Below are positions 8,346 through 16,967 of a DNA stretch of 21,587 nt, in pieces. Both the position numbers and the translations under genes were made by a program. Origin of the DNA: an uncultured virus (IMG/VR IMGVR_UViG_3300046616_000175) (lineage: Duplodnaviria; Heunggongvirae; Uroviricota; Caudoviricetes); the IMG/VR virus record IMGVR_UViG_3300046616_000175. One strand, written 5' to 3'. Below the pieces are notes generated by a model that was given only the letters and a program-made list of their open reading frames with translations, did not search any database and was not told the DNA's origin. Positions within the stretch are counted from its first letter, which is position 1; each line of letters begins with the position of its first letter.

Positions 8346-9316
8346 TGGCTACGATTCACGATCAGTATGTTGGTGCCGTTGACGAGGTCACCTACGGCAC
8401 GGCCGTTGCGGTCACCAAGTTTTTCGAATACCGCTCCGAGGGCATCGCCGGTAAGTACGAGCGGATTGACTCGGAAGCTATCCGGGCGGGTGGCGGCCGT
8501 GCGCTGCGTTCCGACCGATTCGCGGTCAACCCCAAGGGTGCCGAGGGTGACCTCAAGCTTGAGGTTCTCTCCGACGGATTCACGCACTGGTTTAAGCACA
8601 TGTTCGGCGGATTCTCCGACGCTGCACCGGGCGGCGGATTCACCGTGCACACGTACACCGTGGGCGACCTAAACGGCAAGTCCTTTACCACGCAGGTTGG
8701 CCGTTGGGGCTCCGGCGGCACCCTGTACCCGTTCACTTACGCGGGCGGCAAGGTCAAGGACTGGGAGCTTTCCAACGCTGTTGACGAGGTTCTACAGCTG
8801 AGCCTGTCTCTCGACTTTGCGACTGAAAGTCAGGGCGCCGGTGCGGGTGCTCTCGCGCTCTCGACGCCGACTTACCCGGCGCTTGCAAAGCTGTTCACCT
8901 TCCAGGGTGGCACGGTGACTGTCGGCGGCTCGCAGTTCAACATCTCTGATTTCAGCATCAAGGGTGACAACGGCCTTAAGACTGACCGGTATTTCATCAA
9001 GACCGGTGGCGTCAAGGCTGAGCCGCTTGAGGACTCGCTACGTAAGTATGAGTTCTCTCTAAAGGGCGAGTTCGTTGACCTGACTCAGGCTCAGCGTGTC
9101 TCGGCTGCGACTACGGCGGGTGCGCTGGGCGTCATTTCGGTTACGTGGGACGGCCCTGACCTTTCTCAGCTCAAGGTCGATATTCCGTTCGCCCGATTCG
9201 ACGAGGGCTCGCCTAACAGCGGTGGTCGAGAGGTCAACGGGCTTGACCTGAGCGGTGTTTGCCTGACTGACGGTACCGCCTCGCCGGTCACCATCACGTA
9301 CAAGGCGCTGACGTAA
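8345..9316 (+). CDS. Major tail (tube) protein
   Basis: 323 aa; EVTYGT N-terminal motif, SFTTQVG, YAGGKV, DNGLKTDRY; position upstream of chaperone and tape measure. Confidence 0.88.
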   Translation: MATIHDQYVGAVDEVTYGTAVAVTKFFEYRSEGIAGKYERIDSEAIRAGGGRALRSDRFAVNPKGAEGDLKLEVLSDGFTHWFKHMFGGFSDAAPGGGFTVHTYTVGDLNGKSFTTQVGRWGSGGTLYPFTYAGGKVKDWELSNAVDEVLQLSLSLDFATESQGAGAGALALSTPTYPALAKLFTFQGGTVTVGGSQFNISDFSIKGDNGLKTDRYFIKTGGVKAEPLEDSLRKYEFSLKGEFVDLTQAQRVSAATTAGALGVISVTWDGPDLSQLKVDIPFARFDEGSPNSGGREVNGLDLSGVCLTDGTASPVTITYKALT

Positions 9317-9323
9317 TAGGCAG

Positions 9324-9339
9324 CTCCCAAATTTGGGAG
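9324..9339. promoter_or_regulatory. Palindromic operator copy 3 (GCAG-core-CTGA)
   Basis: Exact core immediately after TAA TAG of the tail tube gene; perfect palindrome over 9321-9342. Confidence 0.85.
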
Positions 9340-9358
9340 CTGAGGGAGGACTGAGCCA

Positions 9359-9820
9359 ATGCCTGTGAATGGCTACGGAGCCAACATCGAGGGGTTGGCT
9401 CAGTTCACCCGTGCCCTTGCTGCGGTGGGGGAGCGGTTCCCTCAAGAGGTTAAAGAGGCCAACTACAACGTTGCCGACAAACTAGCCATGGCGGCCAAGG
9501 CCAAGGCTAGTGGGTTGTCTCGGCAGCAATCAGCGGCGGCGCGCAGCCTACGGGCTACCAAGACACAGAATTACGCTGCCGTCCGCATGGGTTCCGCACG
9601 GGTGCCGTTCGCACTAGGCGCTGAGTTTGGTGCTCGAAAGCGCACCCGTTCCGGCAAGATTGCGCGCGGTTTCCGCCTGTGGCGCGGAAATCAGTTCATG
9701 TCTTGGAACGGCGGACCCGGTTACTTCCTTCACCCTTCCATCCGTGAGAAGGGTCCTGAACTTATCAACGAGTACATGCGGGCAATTGACCGCATTAGCG
9801 GAGAGGCTTTCCCCGAATGA
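9359..9820 (+). CDS. HK97 gp10-like tail/neck completion protein
   Basis: IEGLAQFTRAL start, basic middle, AEFGA and YFLHPS motifs; GGGAGG RBS. Confidence 0.65.
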   Translation: MPVNGYGANIEGLAQFTRALAAVGERFPQEVKEANYNVADKLAMAAKAKASGLSRQQSAAARSLRATKTQNYAAVRMGSARVPFALGAEFGARKRTRSGKIARGFRLWRGNQFMSWNGGPGYFLHPSIREKGPELINEYMRAIDRISGEAFPE

Positions 9821-10146
9821 GCGAGACTGTTGCGCTGCGTATTGACCCCGACGTTCTGACGATCGGTGACCTTGAGGACTTTGAGGACGTCGTTGGCGTT
9901 CCCCTGTACGACGCGCTAAAGCCCAAGGCGGTTTACGAGGACGGTCAGAAGGTCCTTGACGAGAAGGGCCGTCCCCTTCTCGAAACGCAGATTTCGACCA
10001 AGGCGCTAAAGGCGCTGATCTGGATTACTCAGCGCATCGAAAACGCTGAGTTCACCCTCGACGACGCCCGACGCGTCCGCGTCTCTGCCCTTGAGCTAGT
10101 CGGGGCGGACGACGAGGAGGGAAACGACGACGGGCAGAGCGCCTAA
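9817..10146 (+). CDS. Tail assembly chaperone, short (gpG-like) form
   Basis: Acidic 109-aa ORF before the tape measure gene, with G GGA AAC slippery heptamer near its 3' end. Confidence 0.85.
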   Translation: MSETVALRIDPDVLTIGDLEDFEDVVGVPLYDALKPKAVYEDGQKVLDEKGRPLLETQISTKALKALIWITQRIENAEFTLDDARRVRVSALELVGADDEEGNDDGQSA

Positions 10147-10280
10147 GGGAGCGGGCAGCGTTCTGCCGGTTTTACCGGATGACTCCCGCTGACGTTCGGC
10201 AGATGACTGCCGCTGAATATCAGGCTTTCACCTCGTACATGAGCGAGGAACTAGCGTCGAGGGAGTCGCAATATGGCTGA
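9817..10280 (+). CDS. Tail assembly chaperone, -1 frameshift (gpGT-like) form, about 154 aa
   Basis: GGGAAAC at 10119-10125 in X XXY YYZ phase; -1 frame reads RRRAERLRERAAFCRFYRMTPADVRQMTAAEYQAFTSYMSEELASRESQYG* to TGA 10278-10280. Confidence 0.85.
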
Positions 10281-13200
10281 GAACTCTAGGACTCTACGCG
10301 TTGTCATTGTGGGCAACGCTGCGAGCGCTCAGCGGGCACTACGTGCGGTTGCTGGAGAGACTGACAATCTCCAGCGCCGTTCCCGGGGCCTAGGGGGAGC
10401 GTTCGGGGCCTTTGGGTCCCGTCTCGCTCAGTTCGGCAAGGCAACCGCGCTAGGGCTCGGCGTGGCTGCCGGTGCTGCGGTGGTCTGGGGTACCAAGACG
10501 GCCGTTCAAATGGAAAACGCGCAGGTTGGCTTTACCACGATGCTGGGCAGTGCCAAAAAGGCGACTGAGTTCCTGGCGAAGCTACAGGCTTTCGCGGTGG
10601 CTACCCCGTTTTCTTCTCAGGACGTCATCAAGTACTCGCAAAGCATGATGGCCATGGGCTTTAAGGCCAAGGAAGTGATCCCGACCCTGAGGGACGCTGG
10701 TGACGCCGTGGCCGCCCTCGGTGGCGAGCCTGAGCGCCTACAGCGCGTGCTACTTGCCATGGGGCAGATCAAGGCCAAGGGTCGCGTCATGGGGCAGGAA
10801 ATGCTACAGCTCACCGAAAACGGTGTTCGTGGCTGGCAGTACCTCGCTGACTACCTGCACAAGTCCGTGCCCGAGACCATGAAGCTCGGCGAGAAGGGTC
10901 TCATTAGCGCTGACACCGCCATGAAAGCGCTGCGTAAGGGGATGCGCAAGGACTTTGGCGGCATGATGAAAGAGCAGGCAAACAGCGTATCCGGCATGTG
11001 GTCGACGCTAAAGGACACTGCTCAAATCGCACTCGGCAAGATGATGACGGCGTTTTTCCCGCTCATCAAGTCGGTGTTGCCTAAGATCACGTCGGGTGTG
11101 TCAACACTCGCAACGGTCATGGTGCCGACATTCCAGCGAATAGGCGCAGCCATAGGCCCGATCGTGGCGCGCATTCGCTCGCTGTTCAGCGGTCAGGTTA
11201 TGCCGGTCCTACAGCGGGTCGGGCAGTACGTGTCTGGCACGCTGATACCGATGATGCGCGACAACTTCAACCGGCTACAGCCGGTCGTCATGCAGCTCGT
11301 GAACATCTTCCGTACTGAGGTGCTTCCGGCGCTCAAGACGGTTGGCGCTGCGGTAATTCCGGTGTTCAAGACGATCGTTGATGTCATTGAACAGAAGGTA
11401 ATCCCGGCTGCCATCGGATTTGTTCAGGCCGTCATGCCGTCCATTCAGCGGTTCGCCGGATTCATCAAGGGCACGGTTGCCCCGCTCCTCGTGTGGGCAT
11501 TCCAGCAAGCGCAGCCGGTCATTACCAAGTTCGGTAACGTCGTGACGACGGTGTTTCAGGCCATCGCTGCGGTAATCAACTTCCTGACGCCCGTTCTCGC
11601 GTTCCTCTGGAAGTTCCTAGGCCCGGTTGTGATCAGCACCCTTAAGGGGCTGTGGTCCGGCATTATCGGCGTGATCTCCGGTGCGCTGAGCATCATTCAG
11701 GGTGTCGCCAACATCTTTATCGGCATCTTCACTGGCAATTGGTCCAAGGCTTGGACCGGCGTAAAGCAGATATTCTCGGGTATCTGGCAATTCATCGTCG
11801 GCGCATTCAAGATTTGGATCTTCGGCAAGGTATTCGGCATCATGCGAGGCGGTATCGCCAAGGTTGCCGGTCTTTGGCGTGCCGGTTGGGCCGGTATCCG
11901 GTCCGTGTTCACTAGCATCGTTGGATTCATCCGGGGTGGCGTTAGCGGCTGGACCGGCGCCATACAGGGAATCATCGGCCGTGGCGTTTCGTTCTTCCGG
12001 GGGATATGGTCGCGCGGTTGGTCCGGCATGCGCTCGACTGTCAGCAGTATGGGCAGTCGCATTGCCGGAGTGGTCCGAGGGATCCCCAGTAAGATCACGG
12101 GCTTTTTCCGGGGGCTGCCCGGCAAGCTTGTGCAGATCGGTAAGGACATCATCAGCGGCCTCGTGCGAGGCATCAAGAACAGCCTCGGTGCCGTCCTCGG
12201 CGCTGCAAAGGCAGTCGTTGACCACATCCCGGGGCCGATCCGAAAGCTAATGGGCATCAAGTCGCCCTCGCGTGTCATGGCGGATATCGGTAAGTGGATT
12301 ACGCGCGGCCTCGTGGTCGGCATGCTCGGTGGCGTCAAGAGCGTCAAGAAGACGAGTGAGCATCTCGCCGACCTCGTCACCAAGGCGTTCCGTGCGGGCA
12401 AGATTTCGCGTAGCCACGCTGACTCGCTGCACAAGTACATCAGCGCGCAAAACAAGAAGCTGTCGAAGCTTGCCAAGGATCGCGAGAAGGTTGCAAAGCA
12501 GCTAAAGAGCGCAACCAAGAAGCTTGATGACCTCAAGAAGGCTCGCTCTGATATGGCCTCGTCCGTGGCGAGCAAGGCCAAGGATTACGGCTCGTTCGTC
12601 AACTCGTTCTCTACCGAGGACGGTGCGGACAACTCGCCGAGTGCGATTCTCGCGCGGCTCAAGGGCAAGCTACACAACATCATCAAGTTCCGGCAGAACC
12701 TAGCCACTCTGCACAAGCGGGGCTTTGGTAACGGCATCATCAACGAGATTGCCCAGGCCGGTCCCGAGCAAGGCGGACCGATGGCTACGGCGCTACTCAA
12801 CGCGAACGGCGCGGATATCAAGGCGATCAATAGCGCCTATTCGCAGATCGGTAAGCAGAGTGACGCGCTGGGCAAGAAGGTTGCCGGGGACTATTACAAG
12901 GCGGGCATTGACTCGGCTCAGGGTCTCGTCAATGGGCTCAAGAAGAAGGAAAGCGACATCACCAAGGCAATCAAGAAGATTGCCAACGCGATGGTCAAGC
13001 AACTCAAGAAGTCGCTAGGCATCAAGTCGCCCTCTCGGGTGTTCCGGGCTCAGGGTCTGTGGGTTGGGAAGGGTCTCGCCCTCGGTGTCGACGACACCAC
13101 GGCGGACGTACAGGCGGCCGTCAACCGGCTTGCTGACGTGCGCCCCAACCGGCGCCGGATCGCCGATAGGTCGGTTGAGTACGCCAACCCGAACACGTGG

Positions 13201-13344
13201 CGTGGTGGCGCTCAGCCGGTCGTGCACGTGCACGTTGCCGGAAACGTGACCGCTGAGCAGAACCTTGCCAAGGCGATTGCGTCGACGGTACGTGACGAGA
13301 TTGTGCGCACGGGCAAGCGGAACGGCGGACGTACCGGCCTGTAG
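10273..13344 (+). CDS. Tape measure protein
   Basis: 1023 aa Ala/Gly-rich; tape-measure domain (FAVATPFS, GQIKAKG, ELxQL-like EMLQL), amphipathic and Trp/Phe-spaced repeats, two GIKSPSRV motifs. Confidence 0.96.
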   Translation: MAENSRTLRVVIVGNAASAQRALRAVAGETDNLQRRSRGLGGAFGAFGSRLAQFGKATALGLGVAAGAAVVWGTKTAVQMENAQVGFTTMLGSAKKATEFLAKLQAFAVATPFSSQDVIKYSQSMMAMGFKAKEVIPTLRDAGDAVAALGGEPERLQRVLLAMGQIKAKGRVMGQEMLQLTENGVRGWQYLADYLHKSVPETMKLGEKGLISADTAMKALRKGMRKDFGGMMKEQANSVSGMWSTLKDTAQIALGKMMTAFFPLIKSVLPKITSGVSTLATVMVPTFQRIGAAIGPIVARIRSLFSGQVMPVLQRVGQYVSGTLIPMMRDNFNRLQPVVMQLVNIFRTEVLPALKTVGAAVIPVFKTIVDVIEQKVIPAAIGFVQAVMPSIQRFAGFIKGTVAPLLVWAFQQAQPVITKFGNVVTTVFQAIAAVINFLTPVLAFLWKFLGPVVISTLKGLWSGIIGVISGALSIIQGVANIFIGIFTGNWSKAWTGVKQIFSGIWQFIVGAFKIWIFGKVFGIMRGGIAKVAGLWRAGWAGIRSVFTSIVGFIRGGVSGWTGAIQGIIGRGVSFFRGIWSRGWSGMRSTVSSMGSRIAGVVRGIPSKITGFFRGLPGKLVQIGKDIISGLVRGIKNSLGAVLGAAKAVVDHIPGPIRKLMGIKSPSRVMADIGKWITRGLVVGMLGGVKSVKKTSEHLADLVTKAFRAGKISRSHADSLHKYISAQNKKLSKLAKDREKVAKQLKSATKKLDDLKKARSDMASSVASKAKDYGSFVNSFSTEDGADNSPSAILARLKGKLHNIIKFRQNLATLHKRGFGNGIINEIAQAGPEQGGPMATALLNANGADIKAINSAYSQIGKQSDALGKKVAGDYYKAGIDSAQGLVNGLKKKESDITKAIKKIANAMVKQLKKSLGIKSPSRVFRAQGLWVGKGLALGVDDTTADVQAAVNRLADVRPNRRRIADRSVEYANPNTWRGGAQPVVHVHVAGNVTAEQNLAKAIASTVRDEIVRTGKRNGGRTGL

Positions 13345-13367
13345 GGGAGTCGGGGGCATCTAGGCAC

Positions 13368-13383
13368 CTCCCAAATTTGGGAG
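13368..13383. promoter_or_regulatory. Palindromic operator copy 4 (GCAC-core-CTGC)
   Basis: Exact core after the tape measure stop; the 24-mer is the reverse complement of copy 1; outer stem GGGGGCATCTA/TAGGTGCCCCC spans 13352-13400. Confidence 0.85.
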
Positions 13384-13427
13384 CTGCGGTAGGTGCCCCC
13401 TCTCTAATCTGACTAGGAGGTGCATCC

Positions 13428-16382
13428 TTGGCTCAACCATCTGTCACGGTTGAGGTGGCGCTTGACGGGGGACCGTTTTCCACCTCGTACACGTGGACCG
13501 ACATAACCAACTGGGTACAGGCGCTCAAGGTCAAGCGTGGCCGAAGCTATGAGCTTGACCGCATTGAGGCGGGTACCCTCTCGCTGACTCTCGACAATGC
13601 CGACGGCCGGTTTACGCCCGGTCGAGACACGATTAACGAGACGCTGCCGGACAACGTACGCACGGGCTCTGACACGCTCGCCACGACTTCCGGATTTAAC
13701 GGCGGAACGGGCGTGACGGTGAACTCCGGCACGAGCAACCCTCACAGTGGGGCTCGTGCTATTCAGATTCTCGCCGCTAGCATTGTGGGCGGCACGGCAA
13801 TGCTTTTCACCGACCGAATGAACGTGACCCCGGGCAAGAATTACCAGGGTTCTTACTGGATTCGGAAGACGATTACCGGCGGCAACGCTGATGTTGGCAG
13901 TCAAGCGGTTATCCGTTGGCGTGATGCTGCGGGTACGTTCATTTCCGACTCTAACGGTTCGAGCATCGACGGCACGTCCACCTCGTGGACCAAGTGCACG
14001 GCTACCGGAACGGCTCCCGTTAACGCTGCCACGGCAACGCTGATTGTGCAGACGACCGGGGCTCAGGCTGCGTCATGGGTGTACTGGTGTGATGACTTCT
14101 CACTTGCTGAGGTCAACCCCAACTATCCCAACATCATTCCTCGTCGCCGCATTCGAGTGCGTACGCCAAACCTCTTGCCTAAGGACACGGCTACCGGCGG
14201 CGATATCACGCGTACGTCTGCCGCGTACACCTGCGTCACGGCGGGCACGAGTGATTTCTACACCACATCCGTTGCCAAGAGCGGTAGCGGCGCCATACAG
14301 GTGCAGTTCGGCAACAACGGCACGGCCGAGTTTGCGAGCGCTGTACAGGTTGGTTATGTGGCCACGGTTCCCGCCGGTCAGTGGTGGTGGTCGGGTACTA
14401 CCAAGGTTCCTACCGGCCTAGCTCGCATTGCGCCCGGCTCTCACTACAGCGCTGCCGCACAGGTGCAGCTAAAGACCGGGTCACCGGCCACGGGTGTTAA
14501 GGCCCGGCTCAAGTACTACGACGCTGCCGGTAACTTCCTGGCCTCAAGTGCTGCGAGCGGCACGATTAACCTTGTCGCCGGATCGTGGGTGACGGTATCC
14601 ATTCTCAACCAAACCGCTCCGGCTAATGCCGTGTGGGCGGGCGTGGAAATCGGCAACAACCTCAACGGCGATAACAGCGCGGTCATTTACGTTGACGAGG
14701 CTCAGCTTGAATTGGGCACCACGGTTTCAGCGTGGACCCCGGGCGGGTCGGTGTTTTCCGGCTACGTCGAGAAGTGGTCTGTTCAGCTTGACTCGCTTGT
14801 GCCCACGTGTGAGGTTTCAGCGGTCGACGGTTTCTCGGTGCTGGGCACTACTGAGATGCGTACGCCCTATCAGTCTGCCGTTCTGGCAAGCGCACCGGTC
14901 GGATACTGGCCGTTGACTGACTCTGTGGGCAGTACCACCGTGGCGAACCTCGTTGACGACACTCAGGCGGGCGCCCTCGTCGCGTCCAAGTACGGCGGGG
15001 CTACTCCGGCTTTCGGCGCTGCCTCTGTGCTCTCTAAGGAGCCTACGCCGACCGCTTACAGCCTTGGGAACATATCCAGCACGACCGGAACCGTAATCGA
15101 CGTCAACGACAGCGGAAAGCGAAATTACCCGCTTGCCTTTGAGCTAAGCGTTGCTTTCTGGGCTCTGCCGGTCCGCCCCTCGTCGGGCAACGTCATAACC
15201 CTGTGGTCATGCTGGGACGACATGGCGCAAAACCTGTTGTCCATACGGCTGGACTCCGCCGGGGTTGTTACCGTCCTCGTCACGTACGCCGCTGGGGAGA
15301 CGCAGACGTACGACACAACGTCTATTCTCACGCTGTCGACGTCAACACCCTCGTTTATCGCCGTGACGATTGCGGGCGGAAGTTTCACGCTGTACGTGAA
15401 TGGCGCGCTTGCATTCGGGTATCCGAACAGCCCGGCAAGCAACACGGACCTACGCGATTTGCGTTGGTCGTCGCTCGCCGGTCGGCAGGCAGGTTCCATT
15501 TACTCGGAGTACGCCAACGGCCGTTACGGGCACTTGGCCGTTTGGGACCGTGCGCTACTCAGTTCGGAACTGTCGGACCTTTGGAAGCTTGGCGGCAACG
15601 GGACTACGGCGTACACGGAAGCGGAGGATCTCCGGCTTTCTCGTCTCGCCGCGTATGCCAACTTCCAGGGTGATCTATCCCTTGACGGCGGTAAGAGCAC
15701 GCTACAGACCCCGACTTGGGACGAGGCCACGGCAGCGCTTGAGGTGCTACAGAATGCCGCTGAGGATGCCGCAGGATACGTGTTCATAGACAGTGACGGT
15801 CGGCTGACCTATCACAACCGTGCACGGCGTCAGTCGGCTCCTGTGCGGTACACCCTGGGCGATAGCACGGGCCTCCCGTACGAGCCGGGGCTCACGTTCA
15901 CCATGGACGACGACAAGGTAATCAACGAGGTTACCTACACACGTACCGGGGGAGCGGCGGCAACGGTTCGCTCGGCCTCGTCCATTGCGACGTACGGCCG
16001 TAAGAGCAAGAGCCTTGACTTGGCCATCACGACCGATTCAGCGGCCAAGGATGCGGCTTACTCACTGCTCAATGCCTATGAGGTGCCGATCGTGCGCTGT
16101 GATCAGGTGAGCATCAACGCCACGGCTACCAACGCGCTGTTTCCGATCGCGCTTGGTATTGAGATTGGCGACCGGGTCCGGCTTATGGACCTCCCGCCGG
16201 GTGCCCCCGCCTCGTCGTATGAGTTCTACGTTGAGGCCATTGACACTGACGTTTCAGTGGACGGCCAGACGGCCCGATGGGTGGCGACGCTGTCACTGTC
16301 TCCCGCTACGGCTACTGACGTTTGGGTCATTGAGGACGGCACTAACGGCATTCTCGACTCGACAACGATTCTTGCTTACTAG
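13428..16382 (+). CDS. Large minor tail/tail hub protein with two carbohydrate-binding-like modules and a LamG-like domain
   Basis: WTDIT..KRGR..ELD..AGTLSLTLDNADGRFTP hub N-terminus; two beta-sandwich repeats ending YWCDDFSL and IYVDEAQLE; PVGYWPL...TLYVNG...LAVWDRAL LamG pattern; GYVFIDSDGRLTY and IEIGDRV C-terminus. AGGAGGT RBS, TTG start. Confidence 0.85.
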   Translation: MAQPSVTVEVALDGGPFSTSYTWTDITNWVQALKVKRGRSYELDRIEAGTLSLTLDNADGRFTPGRDTINETLPDNVRTGSDTLATTSGFNGGTGVTVNSGTSNPHSGARAIQILAASIVGGTAMLFTDRMNVTPGKNYQGSYWIRKTITGGNADVGSQAVIRWRDAAGTFISDSNGSSIDGTSTSWTKCTATGTAPVNAATATLIVQTTGAQAASWVYWCDDFSLAEVNPNYPNIIPRRRIRVRTPNLLPKDTATGGDITRTSAAYTCVTAGTSDFYTTSVAKSGSGAIQVQFGNNGTAEFASAVQVGYVATVPAGQWWWSGTTKVPTGLARIAPGSHYSAAAQVQLKTGSPATGVKARLKYYDAAGNFLASSAASGTINLVAGSWVTVSILNQTAPANAVWAGVEIGNNLNGDNSAVIYVDEAQLELGTTVSAWTPGGSVFSGYVEKWSVQLDSLVPTCEVSAVDGFSVLGTTEMRTPYQSAVLASAPVGYWPLTDSVGSTTVANLVDDTQAGALVASKYGGATPAFGAASVLSKEPTPTAYSLGNISSTTGTVIDVNDSGKRNYPLAFELSVAFWALPVRPSSGNVITLWSCWDDMAQNLLSIRLDSAGVVTVLVTYAAGETQTYDTTSILTLSTSTPSFIAVTIAGGSFTLYVNGALAFGYPNSPASNTDLRDLRWSSLAGRQAGSIYSEYANGRYGHLAVWDRALLSSELSDLWKLGGNGTTAYTEAEDLRLSRLAAYANFQGDLSLDGGKSTLQTPTWDEATAALEVLQNAAEDAAGYVFIDSDGRLTYHNRARRQSAPVRYTLGDSTGLPYEPGLTFTMDDDKVINEVTYTRTGGAAATVRSASSIATYGRKSKSLDLAITTDSAAKDAAYSLLNAYEVPIVRCDQVSINATATNALFPIALGIEIGDRVRLMDLPPGAPASSYEFYVEAIDTDVSVDGQTARWVATLSLSPATATDVWVIEDGTNGILDSTTILAY

Positions 16383-16394
16383 CTGAGTGGGCAT

Positions 16395-16410
16395 CTCCCA
16401 AATTTGGGAG
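16395..16410. promoter_or_regulatory. Palindromic operator copy 5 (GCAT-core-GTGC)
   Basis: Exact core in the gap after the tail hub stop; stem extends over 16389-16416. Confidence 0.85.
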
Positions 16411-16433
16411 GTGCCCCCTTGGGAGGGTACACA

Positions 16434-16958
16434 TTGGCCACCATACCGAGTCAGCGCACTTGGAACGCTGGTGAGACTGTCACGGCCGCGCAGCTCAATT
16501 CGAACGTTCGCGATGCGGTCAACTTTTACAAGGCGCTGCCGTTCGGGTACGCGTACCGTACTGCGGCGCAGACGGTTGCAAACGGCGGTAGCTGGACTAG
16601 GGCCGACCTAGACACCGAGTACTACGACAACGACGCGATGTACACCACCTCAACGCCGGGGCGAATCACGATCGTGACCCCGGGGCTCTATTTCGTTGAG
16701 GGTCAGTTGCGCTATTCGAGTAGCTCAAGCGGCACCTATCGCGCTGCTCGCATTCAGCTAACCGGCACCGACGTTGACACGCAATACGTGCCTCTCGCAC
16801 CGAGCAACTCAACTCAGGTGTACGTCAAGGGCTACCGGCAGTGCGTTGCGGGTGACTATTTCGAAATCAGCGGGCTGCACGACCACACCGCCGCTCTTTC
16901 CCTGGCAGTCGGCAGCTACCACTACACGTTTCTACGCGCCCGTTTCATGGGTGCATAA
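16434..16958 (+). CDS. Minor tail protein/tail fibre with C1q/TNF-like head (174 aa)
   Basis: TWNAGETVTAAQLN N-terminal motif of actinophage tail proteins; DTEYYD, RITIVTPGLY, AGDYFEI C1q-like pattern. Start moved to in-frame TTG 16434 after GGGAGG. Confidence 0.75.
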   Translation: MATIPSQRTWNAGETVTAAQLNSNVRDAVNFYKALPFGYAYRTAAQTVANGGSWTRADLDTEYYDNDAMYTTSTPGRITIVTPGLYFVEGQLRYSSSSSGTYRAARIQLTGTDVDTQYVPLAPSNSTQVYVKGYRQCVAGDYFEISGLHDHTAALSLAVGSYHYTFLRARFMGA

Positions 16959-16967
16959 GGGGAGTCC

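Noticed and set aside
8511..8641. C(C/G)GATTC recurring at 60-bp spacing in the tail tube gene
   Set aside because: Only 6-7 nt are shared and the intervening sequence is unrelated; explained by RF/GF codons.
11617..12581. 202-aa and 294-aa minus-strand ORFs in the tape measure gene, and the other short overlapping ORFs in the track
   Set aside because: Fully nested in well-supported plus-strand genes; expected by chance at this GC content.
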